The notes: a model not told the origin generated them from the letters alone. A DNA stretch of 57,760 bases from Candidatus Magasanikiibacteriota bacterium (GCA_049287025.1 JBAQFA010000009.1:90802-148561), one strand, 5' to 3'. Shown: positions 14,107 through 23,192, counted from the stretch's first letter. Numbers and translations: made by a program.

Positions 14107-16281
14107 TTATTTATCAAATCTATAAATCATGATTTGATTATCAATATTCCAAAAACCATTTGATAGAGTTTGTGCCTGCTCCATACTGTTGGGATACATT
14201 GGCCAGTAGTCGGTGATTACTAGATAGGCTCGATTAATATTTATTTTTTCCATAGTATCTTTGACAAGGTCATATTTAAATTCTTCGCCATTCATTATTT
14301 GTTCATAGCGGATGTTTAGTTCGCTAGCCATTGGCACAGAATAATAATTTAACAATCCCCACGGACTATGATAATAAGGTCCGAAACCATAAGTCTTCAT
14401 AGCGCCCGCGCCTAATAATTGGTTCGCAAAAACTAAATAACCTTGTTTGCCTTTTTCAATATTATATATAGTTTCAATGGCTTTATAATCCACAGCGCGG
14501 ATATTATTTATATTTGGTCTAGAAATTTGATCAAAACGCGGGTAAGTAAGATACCAACTGATTAAACCCAAGCCAGATAACAAAAATATTAAAATAATTT
14601 TTTGCCAGATTGGTCTTTGCTTAATATTAATAAAAAAATTATTTAGAAATATTATTAGTAGTGGCCAGAGCAACCATTTACTATAATTCATTAAACGATA
14701 AGAATAATTAAAATGATCACCAAAAGTGAACTCGGCCACCTCTATAAGAGAGACAAATAACCAAGCTGAGATAAGAGCTGTGTCAAAGGCTAGAATGATT
14801 AATTTTTTTTCTGGTGAAGTTTTAAATTTTTTAAAAAAATAAATTAATAAGAATATAAAAATAATTAGAATATAAAATTTTTCATAACCATAAATAAGTT
14901 TTTGCCACCAAGAACCATAATTAGTAAAATACCAAATTGGGTCATTGAATAAACTAAAAAATTTATAAATATAAAATAGAGGATCGGCAATTGTAATATC
15001 TTTACCAATGAACCAATTATAAAAAGCAAAAGTAAATACCACAGCTATTGATGCTAGGATAAAAGTAATTATCGTTGTAGTTTTTTTAAATTGGCTTTTG
15101 TTATAAAACCAATTACTAATGGTTATTATCAAGATATGAAGTCCAATAAAAGGATGAACTAGGATTGAAGTAATGGAAGCGCCAAGAGCTAATAGCCAAT
15201 AATTATTTTGTTTTAATTTTATAAATAAATAATTATTAATTAGAGCTGTCAAAGCGAGTAGTATGGCAAAGGAATAAGGTGAAGTGGAAACAAATTGATT
15301 GGGGATGAGAAGTAAAATTGATAAAGGGATTATAATAATTTGGCTTTTTAATTTAAGTTTTTCAAAAAAATATTGTCCTAAATAGGTTAGAGAAATAATA
15401 GACAATAGAGGTAGGAAAAAACGTTCAATTGTGGTAAATGACCAATTGGTAAAATAATGAATTATAATTTCCAATACATACTGACCAATATAGAATGGTG
15501 TAAGTGGAGTGATACTGCCATTATTCGCAATATGATCGAGAGCAGCTTGGTGTAATAGAGTGTCATAGCCAAAGGACAAAGAATAGCGAGCTGTAATTAT
15601 ACCGAGAATAGAGGCTAGAGAAAAGAAAGTTGTTAATCTGGATATTTTTTGTTGATTAATTAAGCTCCAGATTATAATTACTAAGTTTATGAAAAATAAT
15701 AAGAAAATTAAAGGATGAATATTGATCCATGGCGATGGCAGGCCATTATAAATTGGTTTGGAGAAAAAATAGACAAGTAAAATAGTATTTATAAAAATTA
15801 TGGACAATTCAAATAAGTTTAGTTTATCTATTTTTGGTAGATTAATTATTAATGTTTTTTTATTTAATATACTTAACAGTAAGATTGTCATTATTAACCA
15901 TAGGGAAATTACTAATTTTGTGACACCAAAAATATAGTAGAGTCCAGTCAAAGAAATTATTGTATAAAAAAGTAAAATCCAATATTTATTATTAATTTTG
16001 TAAACCGGCCAAATTTGACTGATGAGTTGCCCTGCTAAAAATATTGAAAATAACAATGTGATCGCTCCGAGCCAATTGGATAGAAAATTAAAAATACACA
16101 ATATACTTAAAATTGTAGTAACGCTGGTAATAAAAAATATTTTTGTGCGATTGAGAGAAAGAATAGGAAGCATAAAATTTGTTAACTCTATGTTATCACA
16201 ATTAGCTTGATTATTAAATATTGACCCAATAAAAAACCCGAGTATTGACTCGGGTAATTTTGCAATGTTTTTATCTACCAC
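14107..16281 (-). CDS. Large polytopic membrane protein with a C-terminal extracytoplasmic domain (possible GT-C-type glycosyltransferase)
   Basis: 724 aa, with more than 15 hydrophobic segments and then a ~170-aa soluble tail. The functional guess rests on architecture only. Confidence 0.4.
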   Translation of the reverse strand: MVDKNIAKLPESILGFFIGSIFNNQANCDNIELTNFMLPILSLNRTKIFFITSVTTILSILCIFNFLSNWLGAITLLFSIFLAGQLISQIWPVYKINNKYWILLFYTIISLTGLYYIFGVTKLVISLWLIMTILLLSILNKKTLIINLPKIDKLNLFELSIIFINTILLVYFFSKPIYNGLPSPWINIHPLIFLLFFINLVIIIWSLINQQKISRLTTFFSLASILGIITARYSLSFGYDTLLHQAALDHIANNGSITPLTPFYIGQYVLEIIIHYFTNWSFTTIERFFLPLLSIISLTYLGQYFFEKLKLKSQIIIIPLSILLLIPNQFVSTSPYSFAILLALTALINNYLFIKLKQNNYWLLALGASITSILVHPFIGLHILIITISNWFYNKSQFKKTTTIITFILASIAVVFTFAFYNWFIGKDITIADPLFYIYKFFSLFNDPIWYFTNYGSWWQKLIYGYEKFYILIIFIFLLIYFFKKFKTSPEKKLIILAFDTALISAWLFVSLIEVAEFTFGDHFNYSYRLMNYSKWLLWPLLIIFLNNFFINIKQRPIWQKIILIFLLSGLGLISWYLTYPRFDQISRPNINNIRAVDYKAIETIYNIEKGKQGYLVFANQLLGAGAMKTYGFGPYYHSPWGLLNYYSVPMASELNIRYEQIMNGEEFKYDLVKDTMEKININRAYLVITDYWPMYPNSMEQAQTLSNGFWNIDNQIMIYRFDK

Positions 16282-16849
16282 GGATTGTTATTTTGTGGTA
16301 ATCAGCTGGAACAGTTTTGGTCATTTTTACTTTAAAGTAAGGATAGACGTAGGTATAAGGGTATGGTTGCATTCGGCAAGCGTTATTGGCACAGCCATAT
16401 TCACACCAAATACTTTTATTTTTTACCATGCCATTAATACCGCAGGTAGCTTCTGATAAAAGGGATTGACTAGTACATTTATCGTTTGTGATTTGATATA
16501 AACCATTAGTATTAACACTACTTACAGATCCTTTGGTAAAATAATCTTCTTTATCAGTATCGGTACAGGTTGGACATGGCCCCGTCCATTTTACTTGGTA
16601 TTTGTTATTAGCAGTGCAATTTAAGATATAAAAACGTTTACCATAACCAGCATCACGACAACCATTGGTTAATTCGTAGGTGCGTCCAAAATTTGTAATT
16701 TTAACACCGTTGACAGTATTGACACACTTGGTCACGGAGACAGTATTTTTGGTCCATTTTATTGAACCACCAGCACTAACAGCTGTAGCGCCGAGAATTA
16801 AGACGGAGAGACCTGATAGGATAACAATTTTTAGATTAGTGTTTTTCAT
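16271..16849 (-). CDS. Secreted cysteine-rich protein
   Basis: Signal-peptide-like N-terminus MKNTNLKIVILSGLSVLILGATAVSA. About 14 Cys in 165 mature residues. Confidence 0.55.
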   Translation of the reverse strand: MKNTNLKIVILSGLSVLILGATAVSAGGSIKWTKNTVSVTKCVNTVNGVKITNFGRTYELTNGCRDAGYGKRFYILNCTANNKYQVKWTGPCPTCTDTDKEDYFTKGSVSSVNTNGLYQITNDKCTSQSLLSEATCGINGMVKNKSIWCEYGCANNACRMQPYPYTYVYPYFKVKMTKTVPADYHKITIRGR

Positions 16850-16884
16850 AAGTAGATATGGTTATTTAAAATATATGTCCATAC

Positions 16885-16913
16885 ACCTTATCATATTTTG
16901 GGTTTTTTGTCAA
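16885..16913 (-). promoter_or_regulatory. Sigma70-type promoter for 16271..16849
   Basis: Minus strand TTGACA-17 nt-TAAGGT, about 35 nt upstream of the start. Confidence 0.55.
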
Positions 16914-17123
16914 GGTGGTGCGTTGTTTAAGTCTATCTTTTGGTTGGTATATTTGTAAATGAAAATTACTAGAAATTGGTGATTTTTTTGTTGGTGATGC
17001 TTGCACCGCATCGAACCGACTGTAAGGAGGTTCTGGTGCGGTGTGGATAACTAACTCATACTAACCAAGTACAATTTCAATTCTTAACTAAGTCTAGCCA
17101 AAATTTAAATTTTGGAGTCAGAT

Positions 17124-17152
17124 TTGGCGGGACTTTTTTAATATGCTATAAT
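17124..17152 (+). promoter_or_regulatory. Extended -10 promoter upstream of the NrdR boxes
   Basis: TTGGCG-17 nt (with TGc)-TATAAT. Confidence 0.55.
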
Positions 17153-17170
17153 TGTTAGTGCTTGTCATAA

Positions 17171-17219
17171 ACACAACCTATTGTGGTTTGAAACTAATTT
17201 GAAACACTATATATAGTAG
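17171..17219 (+). promoter_or_regulatory. Tandem NrdR boxes
   Basis: ACACAACCTATTGTGG (17171-17186) and ACACTATATATAGTAG (17204-17219), spaced 33 nt start to start. Both fit the 16-bp NrdR palindrome acaCwAtATaTwGtgt. Confidence 0.65.
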
Positions 17220-17272
17220 TTTAGTAGAAAGAACAAAAGACGCCATGCAAGCAATTAAGGGCGTTTTTTTAT

Positions 17273-17343
17273 CCCCCTTCGCCTTTCAGGCTTCGGGGGA
17301 CAGGTCCACCTTCGCCCGTTGGGCTACAGGGGACAAGTCCCCT
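17273..17343. repeat. Two tandem ~33-nt GC-rich hairpin-forming units
   Basis: CCTTCGCCTTTCAGGCTTCGGGGGACAGGTC / CCTTCGCCCGTTGGGCTACAGGGGACAAGTC. Confidence 0.7.
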
Positions 17344-17660
17344 TTATTCCTTTGTGTCTACGGGTAATAAATTCCCATTTTGTCTTCTGTTTATTGAAAA
17401 TATTTTAAATTTTGACATTTAAAATAGGGTATGGTAGACACATTTAACTGTTGATTAACTGAGGACAAATAATCTTTGCAGGTTTGGGAAAATAGTGATA
17501 AAATGGTAGCTCGTTTGTGGTTCGAAATACGGAAACTTTGAAAAATACGAAATCAATAATCAGATAATCAATTTACTTATTAATTATTATTTAATCGAGT
17601 AGATCGAAGCAGTGAAAAGGGATTCCTCGTTCGCTTCGCTCTCTCGGAATTTTTAAAAAT

Positions 17661-20600
17661 ATGGGACCAACTGATTCCAAATTGATCCAAGGTATCCACT
17701 TTGGACAAGAACTTGATGTAGAATTTAAATACAATCCAGAATTTGGTTTGCGTTTTAAACGGGTTTTTAGTAAAGATAACGAGAGCCCGTTTGATAGTGT
17801 GGTTTATGAAAAACGTCAATCAGTAATTCGTGAACCAGATGGTACGGTTGTTTTTGAAATGAAGGATATTGAAATTCCCGCTGGTTGGTCACAGGTAGCC
17901 ACAGATATTATTGCCCAAAAATATTTTCGTAAAACTGGCGTGCCACAATATGATAATAATGGTATGCCAAAGTTGAGCGCTGATGGGTCGCCCGTGCTTG
18001 GGCCTGAAACCAGCGTGAAACAAACCATGCATCGCTTGGCTGGTACTTGGCGTTATTGGGGAGAAAAGTATGGCTATTTTGCTAGCCAAGAAGATGCGCA
18101 AATTTTTTATGATGAGCTCGTGGTCATGCTTTTGAAACAAATGATGGCACCAAATTCTCCTCAGTGGTTTAACACAGGTTTGAATTGGGCCTATGGTATT
18201 AATAGCACTTCCCAGGGTCACTATTATGTAGATCCGGATACTGGCGTAATGACTAGATCAAAAGATGCCTATACTCATCCTCAACCACATGCTTGTTTTA
18301 TCCAATCTGTTTCTGATGATCTCGTAAATGAAGGTGGTATTATGGATCTCTGGGTACGAGAAGCTCGTCTTTTTAAATATGGTTCTGGGACTGGGACTAA
18401 TTTTTCTGGACTTCGAGGAAATGGTGAACCATTGTCTGGTGGCGGAAAATCTAGCGGTCTCATGAGCTGGCTTAGAATTGGCGACCGAGCGGCTGGTGCT
18501 ATCAAATCTGGTGGTACGACTCGACGCGCAGCCAAGATGGTAACATTGGATATTGATCACCCAGATATTGAACAATTTATAAATTGGAAAGTAAATGAAG
18601 AAAAGAAAGTAGCCGCTTTGATTGCGGCTGGCTATTCAGCTGATTATGAAGGTGAAGCCTATGGTACTGTATCCGGACAAAATTCTAACAATTCTGTACG
18701 GGTGCCACACAAATTTATGGAGGCAGTAAAGAATGATAGCTCTTGGAATTTGACTTGGCGGGTAGATGGTAGTACTTGCAAGACTTTGAAAGCGCGCGCT
18801 CTGTGGGATCAAATTGCTTTTGCGGCTTGGGCTTGTGCTGATCCAGGGTTACAATATGATGGAACAATCAATGATTGGCATACTTGTCCAGAATCTGGTC
18901 GAATCAACGCTTCCAATCCTTGCAGTGAATACATGTTTATTGATAACACGGCTTGCAACCTAGCTTCATTTAACTTGGTAAAATTTTTTAATACTGATAC
19001 TAAAGAATTTTTAGTGGCTGATTTTAAACACGCCACCAGAGTAGTGACTACAGTTTTGGAAATTAGCATTCTAATGGCTCAATTTCCAAGCAAAGAAATT
19101 GCTCAGGGTAGTTATGATTTTCGTACGCTTGGTTTAGGCTATGCCAATGTGGGTTCAGTCTTAATGATGAGTGGTATTCCTTATGAATCAGAAGATGCTT
19201 ATGCTTTTACTGCTTCTGTTACCGCTCTCATGACAGCCGAGAGTTATAAGACTAGCGCAGAATTGGCCAAGCTTTTAGGACCTTTCCCAAAATTTGAATT
19301 CAATCGATCTGATATGTTGCGCGTAATTCGTAATCATCGTCGAGCTGCTTTTAATGCCGATGACAGTGATTATGAAAAATTAACTGTCAAGCCAAAAAGT
19401 ATTAATCCAGAATTTGCTCCAGCCTATTTAGTATCAGCGGCCAGAGAAAGCTGGAATGAAGCCTTGGCCATGGGAGAAAAATATGGTTATAGAAATGCTC
19501 AGACTACTCTTCTCGCCCCAACTGGTACGATTGGATTACTTATGGATTGTGCAACTACAGGCGTAGAACCAGATTTTGCTTTGGTGAAATTTAAAAAATT
19601 GGCTGGTGGAGGTTATTTCCGGATTGCCAATGAAGCTGTGCCATTAGCTCTAAAAAATCTGGGTCATAATGAACAAGAAGTAATTGATGTTATCAATTAC
19701 ATGCGTGGAACTGCTGATATAAAAAATGCACCTCATGTTAATGAAAATAGTTTAAAAGCCAAAGGTTTTAATGATGAAGATATTGAAGCGGTTAATAAAG
19801 CTCTCAAAGGCGCATTTGAAATTAAATTTGCTTTTAATGTTTGGACACTTGGTGAAGATTGTATGAAGCGAGTCGGCTTTGCGCCTAGCCAATACAATGA
19901 TCCAAATTTTAGTATGCTCATTGCCCTTGGTTTTTCTGAAAGTGAAATTGAAGAAGCCAATCAATATGTGTGTGGTACCATGACCATTGAAGGCGCGCCA
20001 CATTTGAAAGTAGAAGATTATCCAGTATTTGATACGGCTAATAAAAATGGTAAAAAAGGCAAACGTTATATTCATTATATGGGTCATGTAAAAATGATGT
20101 CGGCTGTGCAACCATTTTTGTCTGGCGCGATTTCCAAAACTATCAACATGCCTAATGATGCCACCCTAGAAGATGTAAAATTTGCTTATGAAGAATCTTG
20201 GCGTCTGGGTCTAAAAGCGGTCGCTCTATATCGCGATGGTTCCAAATTGAGTCAACCATTATCAACTAGTTCAAAAAATAAAGGTGACAAAAAGTCCTCC
20301 TCTGCTGAAGCTACGGAGGATGAAGAAGTGGAAGTGAAAGTAATGGCTGAAGATAGAAAACCAGTCATTACTGAAGAAGAAGTAATGCAAGTCGCCAAAA
20401 TGATTAATACTGATAATGTAGAAGACGCGGTAAGACAAGCAAGCGAAATTCTTTCCAATCATGTTGGTATTCATACTCCAATGGAATCATACACTCGTGA
20501 TGGTCAAATAGCTGAACGTCGCGTTTATCTTCATGGTGAAAAGAGAAAACTTCCAGCCAAGCGTAGTGGTATTACAGTCGCAGCCAAAGTTGGTAATCAA

Positions 20601-21218
20601 CAAATCTGGCTTCGCACTGGAGAATATCCAGATGGAAAAGTCGCTGAGATCTTTATTGATATGTATAAGGAAGGCGCAACCGTTAGATCACTCCTCAACA
20701 TGTTTGCGATTTCAGTTTCTATGGGTTTGCAATATGGGGTGCCGTTAGAAAAATATGTAGAAAATTTCTTGTTTACCAATTTTGCTCCAGCTGGTTTTAC
20801 TGACCACCCCAATATCAAGTCTTGCAATTCTATTATTGATTTTGTTTTTCGTGTATTAGGTATGGAATATCTTGGCCGAACTGATTTTGTTCAAGTACCA
20901 CCAAAAGGAATTCAAAAAAATAAATTTGAAAATCTAGCCAAGCTAGCTGAAAATAGTTCCGCTCAAGAAACTATGACCCTAGAAACTAAAGTAGAAGTTG
21001 AGACTAGAGTAGAGATGGAAGATGGTGAAGAAATAATGCTCGCAGAAAAACAAGAAGTCTTGCCAAGCCTAGGGAATAAACCACTCAATGCCTCAGATGA
21101 AGCTTTGAAAAATATGATGGGGGATGCGCCGGCTTGTCCTACTTGTGGACATGTGACAGTTAGAAACGGGGCGTGTTATAAGTGCTTGAATTGTGGGGAA
21201 TCGCTTGGTTGCAGTTAA
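17661..21218 (+). CDS. nrdJ: Adenosylcobalamin-dependent (class II) ribonucleotide reductase
   Basis: 1185 aa. Motifs: GSGTGTNFSGLRG, SGGTTRRAAKM, active-site NPCSEYMFIDNTACNLAS, ALYRDGSK, and a C-terminal CPTCG...CYKCLNCG zinc ribbon. Confidence 0.9.
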   Translation: MGPTDSKLIQGIHFGQELDVEFKYNPEFGLRFKRVFSKDNESPFDSVVYEKRQSVIREPDGTVVFEMKDIEIPAGWSQVATDIIAQKYFRKTGVPQYDNNGMPKLSADGSPVLGPETSVKQTMHRLAGTWRYWGEKYGYFASQEDAQIFYDELVVMLLKQMMAPNSPQWFNTGLNWAYGINSTSQGHYYVDPDTGVMTRSKDAYTHPQPHACFIQSVSDDLVNEGGIMDLWVREARLFKYGSGTGTNFSGLRGNGEPLSGGGKSSGLMSWLRIGDRAAGAIKSGGTTRRAAKMVTLDIDHPDIEQFINWKVNEEKKVAALIAAGYSADYEGEAYGTVSGQNSNNSVRVPHKFMEAVKNDSSWNLTWRVDGSTCKTLKARALWDQIAFAAWACADPGLQYDGTINDWHTCPESGRINASNPCSEYMFIDNTACNLASFNLVKFFNTDTKEFLVADFKHATRVVTTVLEISILMAQFPSKEIAQGSYDFRTLGLGYANVGSVLMMSGIPYESEDAYAFTASVTALMTAESYKTSAELAKLLGPFPKFEFNRSDMLRVIRNHRRAAFNADDSDYEKLTVKPKSINPEFAPAYLVSAARESWNEALAMGEKYGYRNAQTTLLAPTGTIGLLMDCATTGVEPDFALVKFKKLAGGGYFRIANEAVPLALKNLGHNEQEVIDVINYMRGTADIKNAPHVNENSLKAKGFNDEDIEAVNKALKGAFEIKFAFNVWTLGEDCMKRVGFAPSQYNDPNFSMLIALGFSESEIEEANQYVCGTMTIEGAPHLKVEDYPVFDTANKNGKKGKRYIHYMGHVKMMSAVQPFLSGAISKTINMPNDATLEDVKFAYEESWRLGLKAVALYRDGSKLSQPLSTSSKNKGDKKSSSAEATEDEEVEVKVMAEDRKPVITEEEVMQVAKMINTDNVEDAVRQASEILSNHVGIHTPMESYTRDGQIAERRVYLHGEKRKLPAKRSGITVAAKVGNQQIWLRTGEYPDGKVAEIFIDMYKEGATVRSLLNMFAISVSMGLQYGVPLEKYVENFLFTNFAPAGFTDHPNIKSCNSIIDFVFRVLGMEYLGRTDFVQVPPKGIQKNKFENLAKLAENSSAQETMTLETKVEVETRVEMEDGEEIMLAEKQEVLPSLGNKPLNASDEALKNMMGDAPACPTCGHVTVRNGACYKCLNCGESLGCS

Positions 21219-21222
21219 ATAA

Positions 21223-21252
21223 TAAAGGCGTCTTCGTAGACGCCTTTATGTT
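21223..21252 (+). terminator. Intrinsic terminator of nrdJ
   Basis: AAAGGCGTC-TTCGTA-GACGCCTTT followed by ATGTTCTTTT. Confidence 0.7.
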
Positions 21253-21300
21253 CTTTTAAAAGTAACTGTGAGATATACTATTTGATAGGAGGTGATAATT

Positions 21301-21417
21301 ATGGTTGTTAAGTTTAAAGTTGGTAGAAGTGCAAAGACAGGTAAATTTATTAAAGTTAAGGATGCACAGAAAAATAAAAATCATACAGTGATTGAAACAA
21401 TCAAGAGAAAAAAATAA
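21301..21417 (+). CDS. Small basic protein (38 aa), not in the ORF track
   Basis: A strong SD TAGGAGGTG lies 7 nt before the ATG. Sequence: MVVKFKVGRSAKTGKFIKVKDAQKNKNHTVIETIKRKK*. Enclosed by a 13-bp perfect inverted repeat. Confidence 0.45.
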   Translation: MVVKFKVGRSAKTGKFIKVKDAQKNKNHTVIETIKRKK

Positions 21418-21519
21418 AGAGAGGTACTAACTCTCTCTAAATATCCAAGTCCTCACAGTTACTTCTATAAGAACTTTATTATAATAACATTATTTTAGTT
21501 TAATTAAAAGTGGATAAAT

Positions 21520-22005
21520 ATGTTAGCTGAACAAATGCAAAATTTAAGTCAAATCGCCATTTTGGTTGGTGTGGTAATTTCTGGCCTAGGTGGTTATGGA
21601 CATTTTTATTATGGTAAGATGATTAATAATTCAAAAAATATGATAGAAAATAACTATTTAGTAACAAATAATGGTAATAACTACGGATTAATGGCTGGGC
21701 AGATAAATATTGGACAACAGGATCGTAAGTTGAGCCCTCAATTTATAGAAAAAGTTCAAACTGTTTTGCCTGAGGACAAAAATAAATATATTTATATAAT
21801 AAGAATAGTGCAAGATGGTGAAAGTCTTCAATTAGCTGAACAAGTAAAAGAACATTTGTTGTCACTTGGTTATGTAAATACATCAATACCTCAAAATACA
21901 AGAACGTATAATGATGATTTTTTAAATAGGCTTAAAAATGATCTAAATATTACAGTTGATGTTGATGGAAAATTAAAAGAGATTATAATTGCACCAAGAA
22001 TGTAA
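21520..22005 (+). CDS. Hypothetical protein with an N-terminal TM anchor
   Basis: 161-aa ORF. No motif recognised. Confidence 0.45.
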   Translation: MLAEQMQNLSQIAILVGVVISGLGGYGHFYYGKMINNSKNMIENNYLVTNNGNNYGLMAGQINIGQQDRKLSPQFIEKVQTVLPEDKNKYIYIIRIVQDGESLQLAEQVKEHLLSLGYVNTSIPQNTRTYNDDFLNRLKNDLNITVDVDGKLKEIIIAPRM

Positions 22006-22010
22006 AAATA

Positions 22011-22037
22011 GAAAATCGCCTTCTGGCGATTTTTTTG
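22011..22037 (+). terminator. Intrinsic terminator
   Basis: GAAAATCGCC-TTCT-GGCGATTTTTTT. Confidence 0.8.
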
Positions 22038-22462
22038 TATAGTGATTTTGTCCTTACTCTTTTATAACTAAAAGAGTAACAGAAAAGTTTCGGGGCGGCA
22101 GAACTCACCTTTCTTATATATTTTTATTTACCAAGCGTAGATTGTTCGGACAGCTGTCGCCCCGAACCCCTAAGGTGATTCTAAATATTTATTTATAATG
22201 TTTTTAAATAAATTATAACCTTGCGTTTGTAGGCGCGCATTGGTGGTTGGTTTGTCGAGCTCCTCCCCTGTAAGGGGAGGGTAGGGAGGGGTCTTTTATA
22301 TAAAAAAATTTTGTGATGTAGAATGACCCCCTCTGTCACTTCGTGTCAGCTCCCCCTCATAGGGGGAGAGCTATGTAATTGAAACAAATTTTTCTATTGA
22401 AATCCATGCCATTTTGTTATATGATATATGTTACGTGATATGTGATTCATGATTCATGTTAT

Positions 22463-23047
22463 ATGATTAAGATTTACACCAAAACCGGCGACAAAGGACA
22501 AACCAGTATGCTAGGCGGGAAACGAGTTTCCAAGTCATGTTTAGAAATGGAAGCAATTGGTGAAGTGGATGAACTAAATGTTTTCTTGGGAATTTTGATT
22601 GAGGAAGTAGAAGAAGATTTTAAAGTCGAAAAAAAGAAATTGATTAATATTCAAAATGATTTATTTATAGTTGGAGCAAACTTGGCTAGTCTACAAACCA
22701 ATTTAAAAACCATTCCAAAATTATCAAAATCCAAAATTACTAAATTGGAAAAATGGATTGATAAAATGGAAAAAGACTTACCAAAACTGACTAATTTTAT
22801 TTTACCCGGTGGAAGTGAAGAAGCGAGTAAGAGTTTTTATGCCCGGGCGATTTGCCGACGAGCCGAAAGACAGGTGATTGCTTTGAGTTTGAAATATAAA
22901 GCTTTGCCCCACAGTGAAAGAAGTTCTACTGTCGGGGTTGATCAGAACATAATGAAATATTTAAATCGGTTGAGTGATTTGTTGTTTGTTTTGGGTAGGT
23001 GGTTTAATTTAAAAAATGGAATAGAGGAAGTGAAGTGGAAGCACTAA
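22463..23047 (+). CDS. PduO-type ATP:cob(I)alamin adenosyltransferase
   Basis: MIKIYTKTGDKGQTSMLGGKRVSK..., LPGGSEEAS..ARAICRRAER. The start was moved to the ATG at 22463; the upstream extension reads through a heptamer array. Confidence 0.85.
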   Translation: MIKIYTKTGDKGQTSMLGGKRVSKSCLEMEAIGEVDELNVFLGILIEEVEEDFKVEKKKLINIQNDLFIVGANLASLQTNLKTIPKLSKSKITKLEKWIDKMEKDLPKLTNFILPGGSEEASKSFYARAICRRAERQVIALSLKYKALPHSERSSTVGVDQNIMKYLNRLSDLLFVLGRWFNLKNGIEEVKWKH

Positions 23048-23080
23048 TTTTAACACTAATCGGCACTAATCTACATGAAT

Positions 23081-23108
23081 AAAAAATCAGCAAAAGCTGA
23101 TTTTTTAT
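23081..23108 (+). terminator. Intrinsic terminator
   Basis: AAAAAATCAGC-AAAA-GCTGATTTTTT. Confidence 0.75.
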
Positions 23109-23192
23109 TCTTAATTATCTTTTAATGGTTTTTGTGGTAGAATACCTGTCACTAGGTGTAGATTAAATTTTGAAATAACCCGATGGTCAAAT

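Noticed and set aside
17042-17050. Perfect DnaA boxes TGTGGATAA here and at 44262-44270, with near matches at 4701, 5419 and 21503. Possible oriC.
   Set aside because: The boxes are isolated and tens of kb apart. There is no cluster, no AT-rich unwinding element beside them, and no dnaA/dnaN nearby.
17245-17367. 40-codon ORF (MQAIKGVFLSPFAFQASGDRSTFARWATGDKSPLFLCVYG) in the nrdJ upstream region.
   Set aside because: It is a translation of the tandem GC-rich repeat units. It has no SD, and its ATG lies inside the loop of the terminator-like hairpin.
17505-17528. tRNA-like fragments: GGTAGCTCG..GGTTCGAAAT here, and GGTTCGATGCGGTGCAAGCATCACCA on the minus strand at 16991-17016.
   Set aside because: No acceptor, anticodon or D-arm can be completed around either one. 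At best they are decayed fragments.
17221-17660. Cobalamin riboswitch upstream of nrdJ.
   Set aside because: No B12-box (GCCACTG-like) or recognisable riboswitch core was found. Class II RNR genes are also not the usual targets of B12 riboswitches.
17816-20827. Numerous 60-120 aa ORFs on both strands inside nrdJ.
   Set aside because: They are embedded in a 1185-aa ORF that has RNR motifs along its whole length. They are shadow ORFs.
17661-21218. Intein or other insertion explaining the 1185-aa length of NrdJ.
   Set aside because: No Cys/Ser-...-His-Asn-Cys/Ser/Thr splice-junction pattern or homing-endonuclease motifs were seen. The extra length is an acidic linker (about aa 865-925) plus the usual C-terminal domain and zinc ribbon of long NrdJ forms.
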